Shown here: piece after piece, positions 26,144-37,609 of the stretch
Numbering within the stretch: position 1 is the stretch's first letter
Layout: every line of letters starts with the position of its first letter
Source: Paraphysomonas bandaiensis
Taxonomy: Eukaryota; Protista; Chrysophyceae
Length of the DNA: 64,000 bases
Assembly (NCBI GenBank): GCA_965644295.1
Contig: CBFFRP010000296.1
Coordinates: 62,001-126,000 of the forward strand
Reading direction: 5' to 3'
Position numbers and translations under genes: made by a program
The notes under the pieces: model-generated
Told to the model about the DNA's origin: nothing
The model's database searches: none
Seen by the model: only the letters and a program-made list of their open reading frames with translations

Positions 26144-26440
26144 TATTAGAATATGGATCTTATTCTAGTATATATTCAGTATGTCACTTGTGAAGACAAT
26201 GTACGAGAATACAGTAAAATATAGTGATGTAAAATGCTGTGATGATATTGAGAAACTGAAATAGTTTGATCTTTCAAGATATGCTTAAGTAACGAGAGGC
26301 ATATTATGTAGGATATTAAGCGTGGAACAAAATGAGTTTGTGTTGTTTATCACAACTTTGTGTAAACGATATTAATAAATCTATCTAGTCTTACGACAAA
26401 TTCTCTCTGTGATCTAATTAACTATGAGCAATTTCCAACA
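26144..26440 (+). mobile_element. 3' LTR of the Copia remnant
   Basis: A polypurine-tract-like GAGCGGGAG (26135-26143) is followed directly by TATTAG (a degenerate TGTT start). The segment ends ...TTCCAACA at 26440 and has AATAAA near 26374. Confidence 0.7.
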
Positions 26441-27205
26441 GTTCAGTTATATCAAACTTTGATACAATCCACTAACTTACAAAAGTAATGATGTAACCGC
26501 TACAAAGATTTACAACTGCTCGCACAAATGTAGGTACATTGAAGTTTTTGGACATTGAAGTTTTTGTATTCAAGAGTTGTATATAATACAAGGACAGGTG
26601 GTGAATGGAGATGAATCGGAATGATGGTATAAATAATTACAGGCGTCCATAGCATTATGTTTAATAGCTAGCAGTAATATATAGCTATACATAACCACAG
26701 CCTTATACATCACGCAGTATCACAGCAACGTGCATCATGCGGCAACCACTACTGCTGGACCCTAATAGCAGCAAGTGGCTAATCTGAAAGCAACATAGAA
26801 GTACTATTTCGCAGTACGTACATTCGCTTCGCTGTTGTCAGTTTATGTGCGTTGCGTAGGACATCCACCAATCAAGTACGTACCTAGCAGTTAATAACTC
26901 GACATGCGTCATTTCATGGCTCAATCATAAACAAAACTTCAAAGAATTTAAGACTTTGGCTTCTCAAACAAGATCTATGCGTTTATAAGTGAGATAAGAA
27001 AAAACTTAATCATCGTGAATATATATTGTTTTTACACATTTAGCTTTAGTGCCATTTAAACACTTACGTGTCGCTGCTCTACTATAATAGTGACAGAACT
27101 TTCCTGACCACTTTTAATACGTATAGCGGAATGTTTATTTCATATTATGAACACGCTATTAATATGAATAAACATGCAATATTCATATACACAGTCCACA
27201 GAACC

Positions 27206-29587
27206 CTAATATCGAAACGCTCGCTGTGTACTGGGTGAACCACTGACCACTTCAGCGGTGTCTTGTCCATGTGGATGTCTGGGAGAATATTGATTGACCT
27301 GACTGTAGCTTCGTGGGTTAGGTGGTGGGTTTTCATTTCCATGCTCTGGAGCTGATGACCGCTGAGTATAGGAAACAGGGCCTCTCTGCTGCATATATTT
27401 GGCGGTCTTAGAGGTCTTTGGACGACGATTTGAAGACTGCACAGGCAACTGTTGAGGAATCACCGATGAACCTGATGATTGAATGCTATGGGTACTCTCA
27501 CGACTGGGCCCCGCAGAACTATTCGTTCGACCAGACATATAGGCAGTAGGAACATGCCCATGATTGGACCTGTCCGATGGCCGCAGTGGATGGCGACTAT
27601 TGGCATCCATAGTGTCTACACTGCTAGAACTCACATCTAAACCGTTCGGCTTGTCAACATTGAAGAGAGAAGATAGCTGAATCTTTCCATCCAGTCCACC
27701 GTTATCCACATACCAGCGACCGAGCTTCATTGAAGCGTAACCGGCAGCGATAAGCACAGCAGTAATGATAATAAAAGCCGATATCCACATTCCTGCTATG
27801 GCTCCTGTTTCAGACATGTCCACTTTCGAGGACGACGGTTTCACAATCTGCACAGCGTCGAATATATACGCCGCACCAGTGCCTATGTTCATTCCACCTT
27901 TGAATCCAGTAAGAAACCCCCCAATCAATGCAGTGTCACCATAGAGAGACACACTCGACCCGAAATAATCACCATTTCCACCGAATCGATCATAAATATT
28001 GGTCTCCTTGACCCACTCCTTCATATACAATGGACCCTTGTAGACCGGTGAATCGCTATTAACTTTTCCGGTCGAATTAAATACAAGGAGCTCGGCCCGA
28101 CCTCTAGAGGTAGGAGGAGGAAATGTACCCACCAGCACATGCTTGTCTGAAACCGCCGTAGTGTATCCAAACATTTCATTCGAATTGCTACCATACTTCT
28201 TTGACATAAGCATCCAGTAATTGCCATCTTTGTCTATCGTATATTCATACGACCGAATGCGCCAAACATTGTGCCTATGCTCCTCCGGACCGCCCTGTAG
28301 AGACCTGCGCTCGGAGTTAATTCTACTTCGAGGCATACTTTTCTCTCGAGGAGGGAGATTAATACCCTTGGATTTTGCAATCTGCTCAGTAGACATATCT
28401 TCAAGCTTCACGTCTCCATTATGGTGTTCATGTTCTTCTGGATGGTCGTCGGGGTGACTAGGTGTCCACGTGGACCACACATCTCCGTACGGAAGAAGCG
28501 ACATGATCAAAACTGCCCCAGGCGTTGCGCCATAATCATTGTCAAAAGGCGAACCGGCGACCACAGTGAGGGTGGTTTCGTTGATAACAGAAACACTGGA
28601 GCCGAATTTGTCGCCAGCGTAGTACTGTAGATCATTTTGCACATGTAGAATTTCAACATACTCCCAGGAAGTGTAAGTATGGGGAGGTTCACCCTGAAGA
28701 CTCCTCTGTTGCTCCTCACCATCGGCATCTACTTTCAGTTTTCTATGATGCTCGCAGCCACTGGGCATATCTTCTGGGGGGCCTTCATGCGGACATTCTT
28801 TTTCTACGGGCTCAAGATGGAACAGAAAGACCGACTCCTGACCAGGAGCACCGACAGCCACCGCATTTCCATAACCCGCAACAGACCACCCAAAGTACCC
28901 ATTTTGATAGGGCTCAGAAGGTTGCATTACAACCGTTTCATACCAGGAACTTCCAGAACTCGTAAAAATAAAAACTGACCCGGATCCCTCCATATGGTCA
29001 TCATGGTTATGCCCATATGCCCCAACGACGATGGCATGGGCATACTTTCCGTGTCCATGAACAATAGCGACGCTAAAACCAAAGAAATCTCCAGCTCGAG
29101 GATTACTTGGTACAAGTTCCTCGGAATACTTCAAGAACTCATCACCGACGGAGTAAAATACATAAGCCTTTCCGCTGTTGTAGCCATACGAGTCGTCTTT
29201 TGGAGCCCCGATAACTGCGGCACCCTGAGACAGGCTTAGACTCTCACCAAAACCATCTTCATCCTGGTACGAAGCTAATATTAATCCAGTATCTACCCAC
29301 TTCCTATCATCCGTTTGCTTGAACACAAAGACAAGCCCATCATCATCAGCAGACCCAGAGGTAGTAACTGCTCTCTTCTTCGCACTTACAATACACGTAC
29401 TACCCCATATAGACACTGCACGACCAAACTGATCCCCGCTAACTAAATCAACAGTTTCAACTTCAAGAGGAAGAGGTACAGTAGAGTTGCTTAAACCGAC
29501 ATACACTTCAGTTGATTTCGATCCATAAACATGAGTCACCACACCCAACACAACGGCTCCGTAGAGCAATACAAATAATGCCTGCAT
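27206..29587 (-). CDS. FG-GAP repeat (integrin-alpha-like propeller) type I membrane protein
   Basis: Signal peptide; repeats GDQFGRAVS, DGFGESLS..IGAP, GDFFGFSVA..VGAY, GYFGWSVA..VGAP, GDKFGSSVS..AGSP, EMFGYTTA and GDYFGSSVS; TM helix GMWISAFIIITAVLIAAGY; S/P/Q-rich cytoplasmic tail. Intronless. Confidence 0.92.
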   Translation of the reverse strand: MQALFVLLYGAVVLGVVTHVYGSKSTEVYVGLSNSTVPLPLEVETVDLVSGDQFGRAVSIWGSTCIVSAKKRAVTTSGSADDDGLVFVFKQTDDRKWVDTGLILASYQDEDGFGESLSLSQGAAVIGAPKDDSYGYNSGKAYVFYSVGDEFLKYSEELVPSNPRAGDFFGFSVAIVHGHGKYAHAIVVGAYGHNHDDHMEGSGSVFIFTSSGSSWYETVVMQPSEPYQNGYFGWSVAGYGNAVAVGAPGQESVFLFHLEPVEKECPHEGPPEDMPSGCEHHRKLKVDADGEEQQRSLQGEPPHTYTSWEYVEILHVQNDLQYYAGDKFGSSVSVINETTLTVVAGSPFDNDYGATPGAVLIMSLLPYGDVWSTWTPSHPDDHPEEHEHHNGDVKLEDMSTEQIAKSKGINLPPREKSMPRSRINSERRSLQGGPEEHRHNVWRIRSYEYTIDKDGNYWMLMSKKYGSNSNEMFGYTTAVSDKHVLVGTFPPPTSRGRAELLVFNSTGKVNSDSPVYKGPLYMKEWVKETNIYDRFGGNGDYFGSSVSLYGDTALIGGFLTGFKGGMNIGTGAAYIFDAVQIVKPSSSKVDMSETGAIAGMWISAFIIITAVLIAAGYASMKLGRWYVDNGGLDGKIQLSSLFNVDKPNGLDVSSSSVDTMDANSRHPLRPSDRSNHGHVPTAYMSGRTNSSAGPSRESTHSIQSSGSSVIPQQLPVQSSNRRPKTSKTAKYMQQRGPVSYTQRSSAPEHGNENPPPNPRSYSQVNQYSPRHPHGQDTAEVVSGSPSTQRAFRY

Positions 29588-32416
29588 ACCTTACACCTAC
29601 TAGATCATTAACTGCATTCCCTCTCGAACACTGTGGCTTCTGTACGCTGCTATGTATGCCAGGGGTAGTTCTGGTCCACACACGGCCGTATATCACCCGA
29701 AATTTTCAAAAAATTCAACCATATCTTGAATGGTCACTATACTGTTAGGTCATTTTCTGTTACAAGGGTAAGCATTTTTTTGGTAAGCATCCAATTTCAG
29801 TTCCGTGGTAAGGATTTTTGATGCCCATATATGACCACATGTGACATATGCACATTACATCATCATTACATCATCATCGGTATACAGGATGTTTCATTAT
29901 TCTGATACAGAGAGCTTAGTAGATGCTTGAACACATGATTGTGACTCGGCCAATAGGAGACTTTTTAGTTTGCGCTTTATGGACGTGGCGCGCTTGTAAA
30001 CACGCTGTTCCTGGTGTTGCCGACCACATGTGTATATTTTTTAATTTTGTGTCAAGAAAAAAGAGACAATCCTCGAACTGATGCATACATAGATACATAC
30101 ACGACTTAATTCCAACACCACAACTAGCCACAACATACACCAATACTATCAGAGACACACACACTATCTTTACAATGGAGTATATCAACGTTATATGCAG
30201 CCATTTTTACCATCACACCCTGCCTGCGTCTCGAGTGATAAGACAGAGGTGCACTGTGTCCTCATGAGGACTATCGATCGCTATATGCAGAGCAGTGGGA
30301 TACATTAACCACTACCGAGAGTCTATATTCCAATTACTACTGCAGACAAAGCGTTTGGAGAGGTGAGAGGGTGTGGGAGGGGTCACGTATAATCTCTGTG
30401 GCTTGGATTCTGTGGCGGTCAGTATTGACCAGAGAGAGTAGGGGTTTATATAGTGCTTATATTTACCAGAAAGTTGAAATGCGTCTACATAATATGTCAT
30501 GGCGATGGGTGGAGGGCATTGTAGGCCATATCAATCACTTAAATTAGATTTAAGTGTACCACTACTATCCGTAGAAATTATGTGGACATGCTACCTTGTC
30601 ACCAGCCGAGTTAGTTTATCAGTGCCGGAACCGACTTATCGAGTAAAAGATAAGCGATATTTATTTGGTAGAAAGAGCTTTGGCACTTTCTGGGCTTCCT
30701 TGTGCGTTGTACAATGATTAATGTTGCAATTGCCCTTTATTAGCTTGTGTGTTGCAGACACCCCATGTTAGGGTGCTGTAGGGTCACAGCAAGCAGTGTT
30801 CACTCATGTCATATATATACGAGCGTTCTGAATGTGTGTATATCTGTGTGTTGAAAGCAGATGTTAATAATAATATGATAACATGTATAAGTATTAGTCA
30901 TAGTAAAGTAGTTATATATGTAGATCTTAAATACAACGATTGGCAATATGTGTTTACAAGAAGTAGAGGTATAAGGTATACGTTTGCTTATCACACAAGT
31001 GTCTAAATCTAAACTACGAAGGAGTACAGTAGCTGATTTTATTGACAGAAGTAGTGTATTATTCCAAGTTACATGTGGGCTAGCATCGAACTATTTGCTG
31101 GAATAATTATAGCATAATTGGGCAGTATACTATCAAAACACACACATATCGGCATGAATTATAAGCAAATATTAGTTAAGTGGTTATGTAGTTTCAAAAC
31201 GACAATCAATAGACGATAGCTACCTAGGAATTATAATCGCACTACCAGTACTCTCACCACTAAGCATATTATATGTATCATTGTAGGTAGTACCCATATC
31301 GTAAATATAAGGGAAACGTACACACATGTGCATACAAAAGTATATACAAGGCTTGAGAATAGCCAACAAAGACTAGACATGTACAAACATTCAACAATCA
31401 TTAACAAGCACTTTGTTTTGGCATCGAGCTAAAGGGTTTTGTTATCATGAGGTCAATGATACTATTCAAAAGCACACCTGATGTGAAATATACGTCTAAC
31501 TTCTTCGATATTAGTCCAACCACCAGCCTTCAGACATTTCTCGTTACCCTCCTCTTTCAGCTCCTTCTTATATGTGCGGTTCCTGCGTTCGCCTAGACCT
31601 CTTACCGGAGTGGTAATCTTCCTCCTCGTAATCTGTGCTTTTTCACTTCGACATATATGTTTAATCGTATGCTATATTTATTATGATATGTGATTTGAAT
31701 TTCTAAAATGCATTTACAGTAAGAATTTTGCCCCAAAATATGCAGCCGATAAGCGCGTAAAAACACCCGTAATCTAGGAGCACGACTTCAAGAGCTCAAG
31801 TTGAAAAATTTCAAATACATGGAACTAATTTGTACTTAGCCCGCATGTTATTTGATATGTTGCTACAAGAATTTCCGGAGATGTATCTTTGAATGTAATC
31901 ATTGTTGTCAGTGCAAATTTGAGAAGGTAGTGGCTAAAACATCAGGGGAACGAAGAGAAAGAGCGGTTATACATCTGCACCTGGATTCATCAATTGACGC
32001 TATTAAACCCGACAGCAGTTACGACAACAAAAAAAGTAAACTAACTCACTGCACACAGCGTGTTTTGGACAGCCAGTGCCGAGGTCAGCACCTATGAGTA
32101 CTTGCTTCATATCGAATATCGAAGAAAAATCATGAATTGTTGAAAGGCTCTTTAGTTGTGTGATGTTGAATATGGATCTGTCAAATTTTGACATATCTGG
32201 ATGCTGAAATAGTAACTTAAGTAACTGAACTTAAATTCTACAATTATGATCACTATCACTTATCATTCATTGTGTTCGCCAAATTCATGCTATCGCAACT
32301 CTCAACTATCAATCAATTTTATATTATGATCTTTGAAAGTCACATCTTAAACATTTCATATATTTTCGTTTTGCTGCTATAATTACAATCATAACATTAG
32401 TTTTTATGATGCAGTT

Positions 32417-33496
32417 CAGGACCTGGTAACCGTTAATGACCCATTAACGGTAGTTTAGTTCCCGGCTATTATAATAGCTATTAATAGCTACTAACTTAAA
32501 GTAGATAGCATCACTCATATTATTGAACTACAACCAACTCCTACGTGCTACAACATCATAAATTTACTATATCTCCTATAATATCAATCAGTCAATATTG
32601 CACTAACTAACTAAAAGCTTAAATTAATACATATAATAGATAGTGTTGTGCTCCCTTAATTACTAATTTTTAGTTAAATAGCAGACTACAAATTTTAACT
32701 ACTTCTCGCTCTCTACTGGCACATCAGGATCTTCTTGCAGGGCTTCATGGAGGGTACGTATAAGCATCCCACAACATGTAATTGGCTCGTAGGAATAGCA
32801 ACGATTCTAGACGATATGTATTCATGTTTCTACGCTCAGGTGTCATAATCAACTTTGCACGACTAAAGAGCCTCTCAACAACTCTAGATTGTGCTTCAAT
32901 ATGTATGAAGCAGGCAGCGGTAGTTGGACTCATAGGTACCATTCTCATTGCAGTTAACCACTACTGTACTACTAAAGTCTAGAGTACGGTCACGATTCAA
33001 ATACCTTCGAACTACAGCTTTCAATTGCTTACAAACAGCAAAACTAACCAGAATCCTTTGCTTACGTCTAGAATTGTTGTTATTCATTCGAGTCAATTAC
33101 ATCTTGTGGGATTCTACTTCCCTGCACGAGGCCTTGGCAGAAGATCCCTATATAGAAGAAGACCCTGTTAAGCTTGACTCTAGTCCGACGTTGTGAAATG
33201 ACTTATGAGGTGTAGAATAAGTGGGAGGCTTTGTCGACGATGAAATACCACTACTCGTAATGTTGTTTTACTTATTCCGTGACGTAGAAGCCAGTCTGTA
33301 CCAGTCGAGAGCGAGAAGAATGGTGTGCAGTTACGATTTGTAGTCCAGTAGTCCATTATTTATCCTAAATAGTAATTAAGGTGGCACCGCATTATTTACT
33401 ATGAGCGATACTATCTAGTTAGTTATTGACGTTACAACTAATGGCCATTATAATTGCAGGACTCTGGGCACCCATAATGGGAATTATTAGGCCCTG
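32417..33496. mobile_element. Non-autonomous hAT derivative built from two inverted transposase 3' ends
   Basis: Termini CAGGACCTGGTAACC and ...TTATTAGGCCCTG. The minus strand encodes SRVVERLFSRAKLIMTPERRNMNTYRLESLLFLRANYMLWD (hAT C-terminal region) and the plus strand encodes RLELLLFIRVNYILWD. Confidence 0.8.
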
Positions 33497-33631
33497 CCGG
33501 AAATAAATAAACACATATTTTTTAAAGGTTTTAAATTGACACCCTTCATAAAAACAGGTACATATGCCTTAAATAGAAACCATTGTTTCACCATTCAGTC
33601 TTGCATCGAAAACTGTAACACAGTTTTTGAG

Positions 33632-34918
33632 CTAAACAGCATATACTAAACGACCAAGTAAAGCGCCAGATAGAGAGCAGCCACCCATATCCTGCAAACG
33701 AGGAGCATGACCATGATAGGGGGGAGAATGCCCACGAGGAGGGTGGTGCTTAGGAGATCCAGGACCATGACAATGATGGGGGGGAGAATGCCCACGAGGA
33801 GGGTGGTGCTTAGGAGATCCAGGACCATGACAATGATGGGGGGGAGAATGCCCACGAGGAGGGTGGTGCTTAGGAGATCCAGGGCCATGACAATGATGGG
33901 GGGGAGAATGCCCACGAGGAGGGTGGTGCTTAGGAGATCCAGGACCACGACAATGATGGGGGGGAGAATGCCCACGAGGAGGGTGGTGCTTAGGAGATCC
34001 AGGACCATGACAATGATGAGGTGGGGAATGTCCACGAGGAGGGTGGTGCTTAGGAGATCCAGGACCATGACGAAGATGAGGTGGAGAATGCCCACGAGGA
34101 GGGTGGTGCTTAGGAGATCCAGGACCATGACAATGATGAGGGGGAGAATGCCCACGAGGAGGGTGGTGCTTAGGAGATCCAGGACCATGACGAAGATGAG
34201 GTGGAGAATGTCCACGAGGAGGGTGGTGCTTAGGAGATCCAGGATCATGACAATGATGGGGAGGAGAATGCCCACGAGGAGGGTGGTGCTTAGGAGATCC
34301 AGGACCATGACGAAGATGAGGTGGGGAATGTCCACGAGGAGGGTGGTGCTTAGGAGATCCAAGACCATGACGAAGATGAGGTGGAGAATGCCCACGAGGA
34401 GGGTGGTGCTTAGGAGATCCAGGACCATGACAATGATGGGGGGGAGAATGCCCACGAGGAGGGTGGTGCTTAGGAGATCCAGGACCATGACGAAGATGAG
34501 GTGGAGAATGCCCACGAGGAGGGTGGTGCTTAGGAGATCCAGGACCATGACAATGATGGGGGGGAGAATGCCCACGAGGAGGGTGGTGCTTAGGAGATCC
34601 AGGACCATGACAATGATGAGAAAGTTTGCAGTTGTGTTCTGTCGTCTCTTTATTCTGGTCAATTGGATTCATCTTTCCAGTTACACATATGGATAGAATA
34701 CCCTTCACAGCTCCAGCTAATTTCACCACTTCTCTAAATTCTGCAGCTGAAGAGAACTGGACGATATCATTTTCATCATCTACATAGCTAAACTGAAACG
34801 AAGTGAAGTCTGGGAAGCTACTTTGAACGATTGCAATGAACCCATCAAAACTCATGTCATCAGCAGCCACAGAGCATACGCTGCTAGGGTCTTCCTCTAG
34901 ATAGAATTGCATGAACAT
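33632..34918 (-). CDS. PB1-domain protein with 15 x 20-aa His/Pro/Cys repeats
   Basis: The N-terminal PB1 has the acidic OPCA motif FSYVDDENDIVQFSSAAEF, followed by (HHCH|HLRH)GPGSPKHHPPRGHSPP x15. A TATA-like element lies about 80 nt upstream. Confidence 0.88.
   Translation of the reverse strand: MFMQFYLEEDPSSVCSVAADDMSFDGFIAIVQSSFPDFTSFQFSYVDDENDIVQFSSAAEFREVVKLAGAVKGILSICVTGKMNPIDQNKETTEHNCKLSHHCHGPGSPKHHPPRGHSPPHHCHGPGSPKHHPPRGHSPPHLRHGPGSPKHHPPRGHSPPHHCHGPGSPKHHPPRGHSPPHLRHGLGSPKHHPPRGHSPPHLRHGPGSPKHHPPRGHSPPHHCHDPGSPKHHPPRGHSPPHLRHGPGSPKHHPPRGHSPPHHCHGPGSPKHHPPRGHSPPHLRHGPGSPKHHPPRGHSPPHHCHGPGSPKHHPPRGHSPPHHCRGPGSPKHHPPRGHSPPHHCHGPGSPKHHPPRGHSPPHHCHGPGSPKHHPPRGHSPPHHCHGPGSPKHHPPRGHSPPYHGHAPRLQDMGGCSLSGALLGRLVYAV
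33707..34620. repeat. 60-bp coding tandem repeat, about 15 copies
   Basis: Lines 33721-34620 are almost identical. Confidence 0.98.
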
Positions 34919-35294
34919 GTTCTATTTGACCTCGCTGTCAAAATTAAGAACTGGGCTTTGTTTGCTGCGTTAGCCTATAAATCGACCTCGTCGAATTTAT
35001 ATAAGCAGCACTCGATGTGCCCAGCAGAGTAATACAGCAGACGCAGCCACTTTGAAAATAGCCAGAATACCATTCTAAGAATATTTTTGAGACCTGAAAT
35101 AATCTGTACCTGCTTAAGATATTCATAACACTTCGAAACTGAAAATATCGTGACCATTGAAGATAGAGTTGAAGGAAGGTGTTGTGTGTTGTGTGTTGTG
35201 CATGTTGTTCGGTGGGTATAAAGCGTAGTTTTACTGTTGTTACTCTGCTTCATTGCCAGTTGATATACTCCAACAGTTAACAGTATACAAAACG
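34919..35294. promoter_or_regulatory. Probable bidirectional promoter between the PB1 gene and the cathepsin gene
   Basis: The 376-bp spacer has TATATAAAT on the minus strand (34995-35003) and TATAAA on the plus strand (about 35217), each about 75-80 nt from its ATG. Confidence 0.5.
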
Positions 35295-36308
35295 ATGAAC
35301 CGCATCCTTCTTGCTACCGGACTCGCCCTTGCTGGTGCCAATGTGCACGAACGCCACTTCTACGAGGAGAAGTTCTTCGACTGGCTCCAGGAGCACAAGG
35401 TTGAGGTGAAGAATGGTGAGGATTTCATCCACATGCTTCAGAACTTCGCCAACAATCACGACCTTATTGAGGCCACCAACTCACAGAACTTGACCTACAC
35501 TCTTGGCCACAACAAGTTCTCCCACATGAGCTTCGAGGAGTGGACCTCATACGTGAGACTTGGTCTTGGCAAGCCTAACCACCCTCCTGCTGAGTCCATC
35601 CATGAGGCCCCCGCTGATGTCAGCGCCCTTCCTTCCAGTGTTGACTGGGAATCTGCTGGTGCTGTCACACCTGTTAAGGACCAGGGAAACTGCGGCTCTT
35701 GCTGGTCTTTCTCTGCCACTGGTGCTCTTGAGGGCGCTTACGAGATCAAGTATGGCACCCTCGAGTCGTTCTCTGAGCAGGAGCTTGTGTCTTGCGACTC
35801 CAGCATCCTCGGCGACCATGGATGCAATGGTGGTTTGATGGACAACGCTTTCGACTGGGTTAAGAAGAACGGAGGTCTTTGCTCTGAGAGTGACTACCCC
35901 TATACTTCTGGCACCACTGGACAGAATGGCGACTGCAAGCCCCATGCCTCTTGCGACAACTCTAAGCTCGCTGTCAAGTCCTACACTGATGTTCAGACCA
36001 ACAGTGACTCCGCTCTTATGTCTGCTCTTGTTCAGCAGCCTGTGTCTGTTGCTATTCAGGCCAACCAGCCTGCCTTCCAGCTTTACAAGTCTGGTGTCCT
36101 CACTGGCACCTGTGGAACGAACCTCGACCACGGTGTTCTCGCTGTTGGATATGGTACCTGGACTGATGGTACCGACTACTATAAGGTGAAGAACTCCTGG
36201 AGCTCCAGCTGGGGTATGGACGGCTACGTTCTCATCGAGAGAGGTGTCTCTCAGAAGGGTGGTCAGTGCGGAATCCTCATGGGTCCTCCCAGCTACCCTA
36301 ACTTGTAA
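35295..36308 (+). CDS. Papain-family (C1A) cathepsin L-like cysteine protease precursor
   Basis: Signal peptide, I29-type prodomain, and catalytic motifs KDQGNCGSCWSF, GCNGG, LDHGVLAVGYG and KNSWSSSWG. Intronless, with strong codon bias. Confidence 0.97.
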   Translation: MNRILLATGLALAGANVHERHFYEEKFFDWLQEHKVEVKNGEDFIHMLQNFANNHDLIEATNSQNLTYTLGHNKFSHMSFEEWTSYVRLGLGKPNHPPAESIHEAPADVSALPSSVDWESAGAVTPVKDQGNCGSCWSFSATGALEGAYEIKYGTLESFSEQELVSCDSSILGDHGCNGGLMDNAFDWVKKNGGLCSESDYPYTSGTTGQNGDCKPHASCDNSKLAVKSYTDVQTNSDSALMSALVQQPVSVAIQANQPAFQLYKSGVLTGTCGTNLDHGVLAVGYGTWTDGTDYYKVKNSWSSSWGMDGYVLIERGVSQKGGQCGILMGPPSYPNL

Positions 36309-36629
36309 ACATGTGGTAAAATTTTGATTGAAATTCATTATCTTCAGGTTGTATACTTGTTGGAGTTTCTTGGTTTGCTATTAATGTAAACTTGCTAATA
36401 TGCTGCATTACGTAATTCAGCCATGCCTTGTTGTTTAATACTTTCGCTTGTTGCCGAAACCAGCTTTGTGTTAGTAATAAGGAGTTTCTTGTGTATACTA
36501 TTTTCGTTTGAGTAATGTTATACGGGTAGATGTATGTGTGTACAATAACTAAGCTGAGCAGAACCCAATGTATGATATGCGCGGAGTTACCACGAGGTCG
36601 CAAATATCTTATCCCCGAAGCTTTTTTTA

Positions 36630-37500
36630 CCTGAATTGGGCTCAACAAAAATCACCTCTATCTTAATTATTAATTATGATATCGACAGTTCCTTGTATGT
36701 GATTTCATTATTATATAACACCATTGTAGAAAAACCACAAGGAAAAGTCAACTATCAATAGCAGATCACCAAACACTCCTCCGCATAAAGTAGACGATTA
36801 TAATGATCAGGCTTGCGTAACAATTAATTGGCAATGATGATAGTACAAGCGTACAAGCGCTCTATCTTTGTAATCTGGGCTTCGAAGCTACTTCAAGAAT
36901 AGTGGTGGATAGGAGTTAGGAGTTAGGAGCAGTGGCACCCAGGCGGAGGATGGGCCTATAGTTGAGGGTCGAAGATCATAATGTTGGTGGTGCAAGCGAT
37001 ATATCTTCGTAATCTGGACTTCGAAGCAACATCAAGAATATTACGTGATACATATGATGCTAACAGTGATTTGGAGCAGTGGCACCTATAGTCGTTTCAG
37101 GGTTTGGGTCACGTAGTTTATGTCTTATCGGTTTTAGCAATAGACGTGTAAGAGTCAGAACTAATGTAGTACTGCACTTTAATTGATATCCTACTATTTA
37201 AAGCTACAAAAAGTGTAACTACTTTCGCTCTATCACTAAAAGCAAACGCAGTGAGCAAGCAGACCGTTGATATACTTGGCATCTGAATTGGGCTCAACAA
37301 AACCCACTTCTATCTTAATTATGATATCGACAGTGTTTTGTATGTGATTTCATTATAATATAACACCATTGTAGAAAAACCACAAGGAAAAGTCAACTAT
37401 CAAAAGCAGATCACCAAACACTCCTCTGCATAAAGTAGACGATCATAATGATGATAGTGCAAGCGCTCTATCTTCGTAATCTGGGCTTCGAAGCAACTTT
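36630..37500. repeat. Local direct duplication of about 200 bp around an R1 fragment (minus strand, about 37140-37285)
   Basis: ctgaattgggctcaacaaaa...gcataaagtagacgat occurs at about 36631-36800 and about 37283-37445. The sub-repeat taatctgggcttcgaagc occurs three times. Confidence 0.8.
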
Positions 37501-37609
37501 TCACGTCGTGCTCATCATCAAGATTGTGTGTCTCATAACAGCACTAGTAGATGTTAAGCGTGTAATGATGCTACTTATAATGATAATAAACGCCTCATCC
37601 GACTACAAC

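Noticed and set aside
33707-34620. Regular array as a possible CRISPR
   Set aside because: There are no unique spacers and no cas genes; it is an in-frame coding repeat in a eukaryotic gene.
33646-34696. 338-aa hydrophobic and 329-aa Arg/Met-rich ORFs over the 60-bp array
   Set aside because: Frame shadows; only the His/Pro frame is joined to the PB1 domain.
35547-36338. Antisense 263-aa ORF over the cathepsin (and 230-aa over the mastigoneme gene)
   Set aside because: Expected by-product of strong codon bias in the sense gene.
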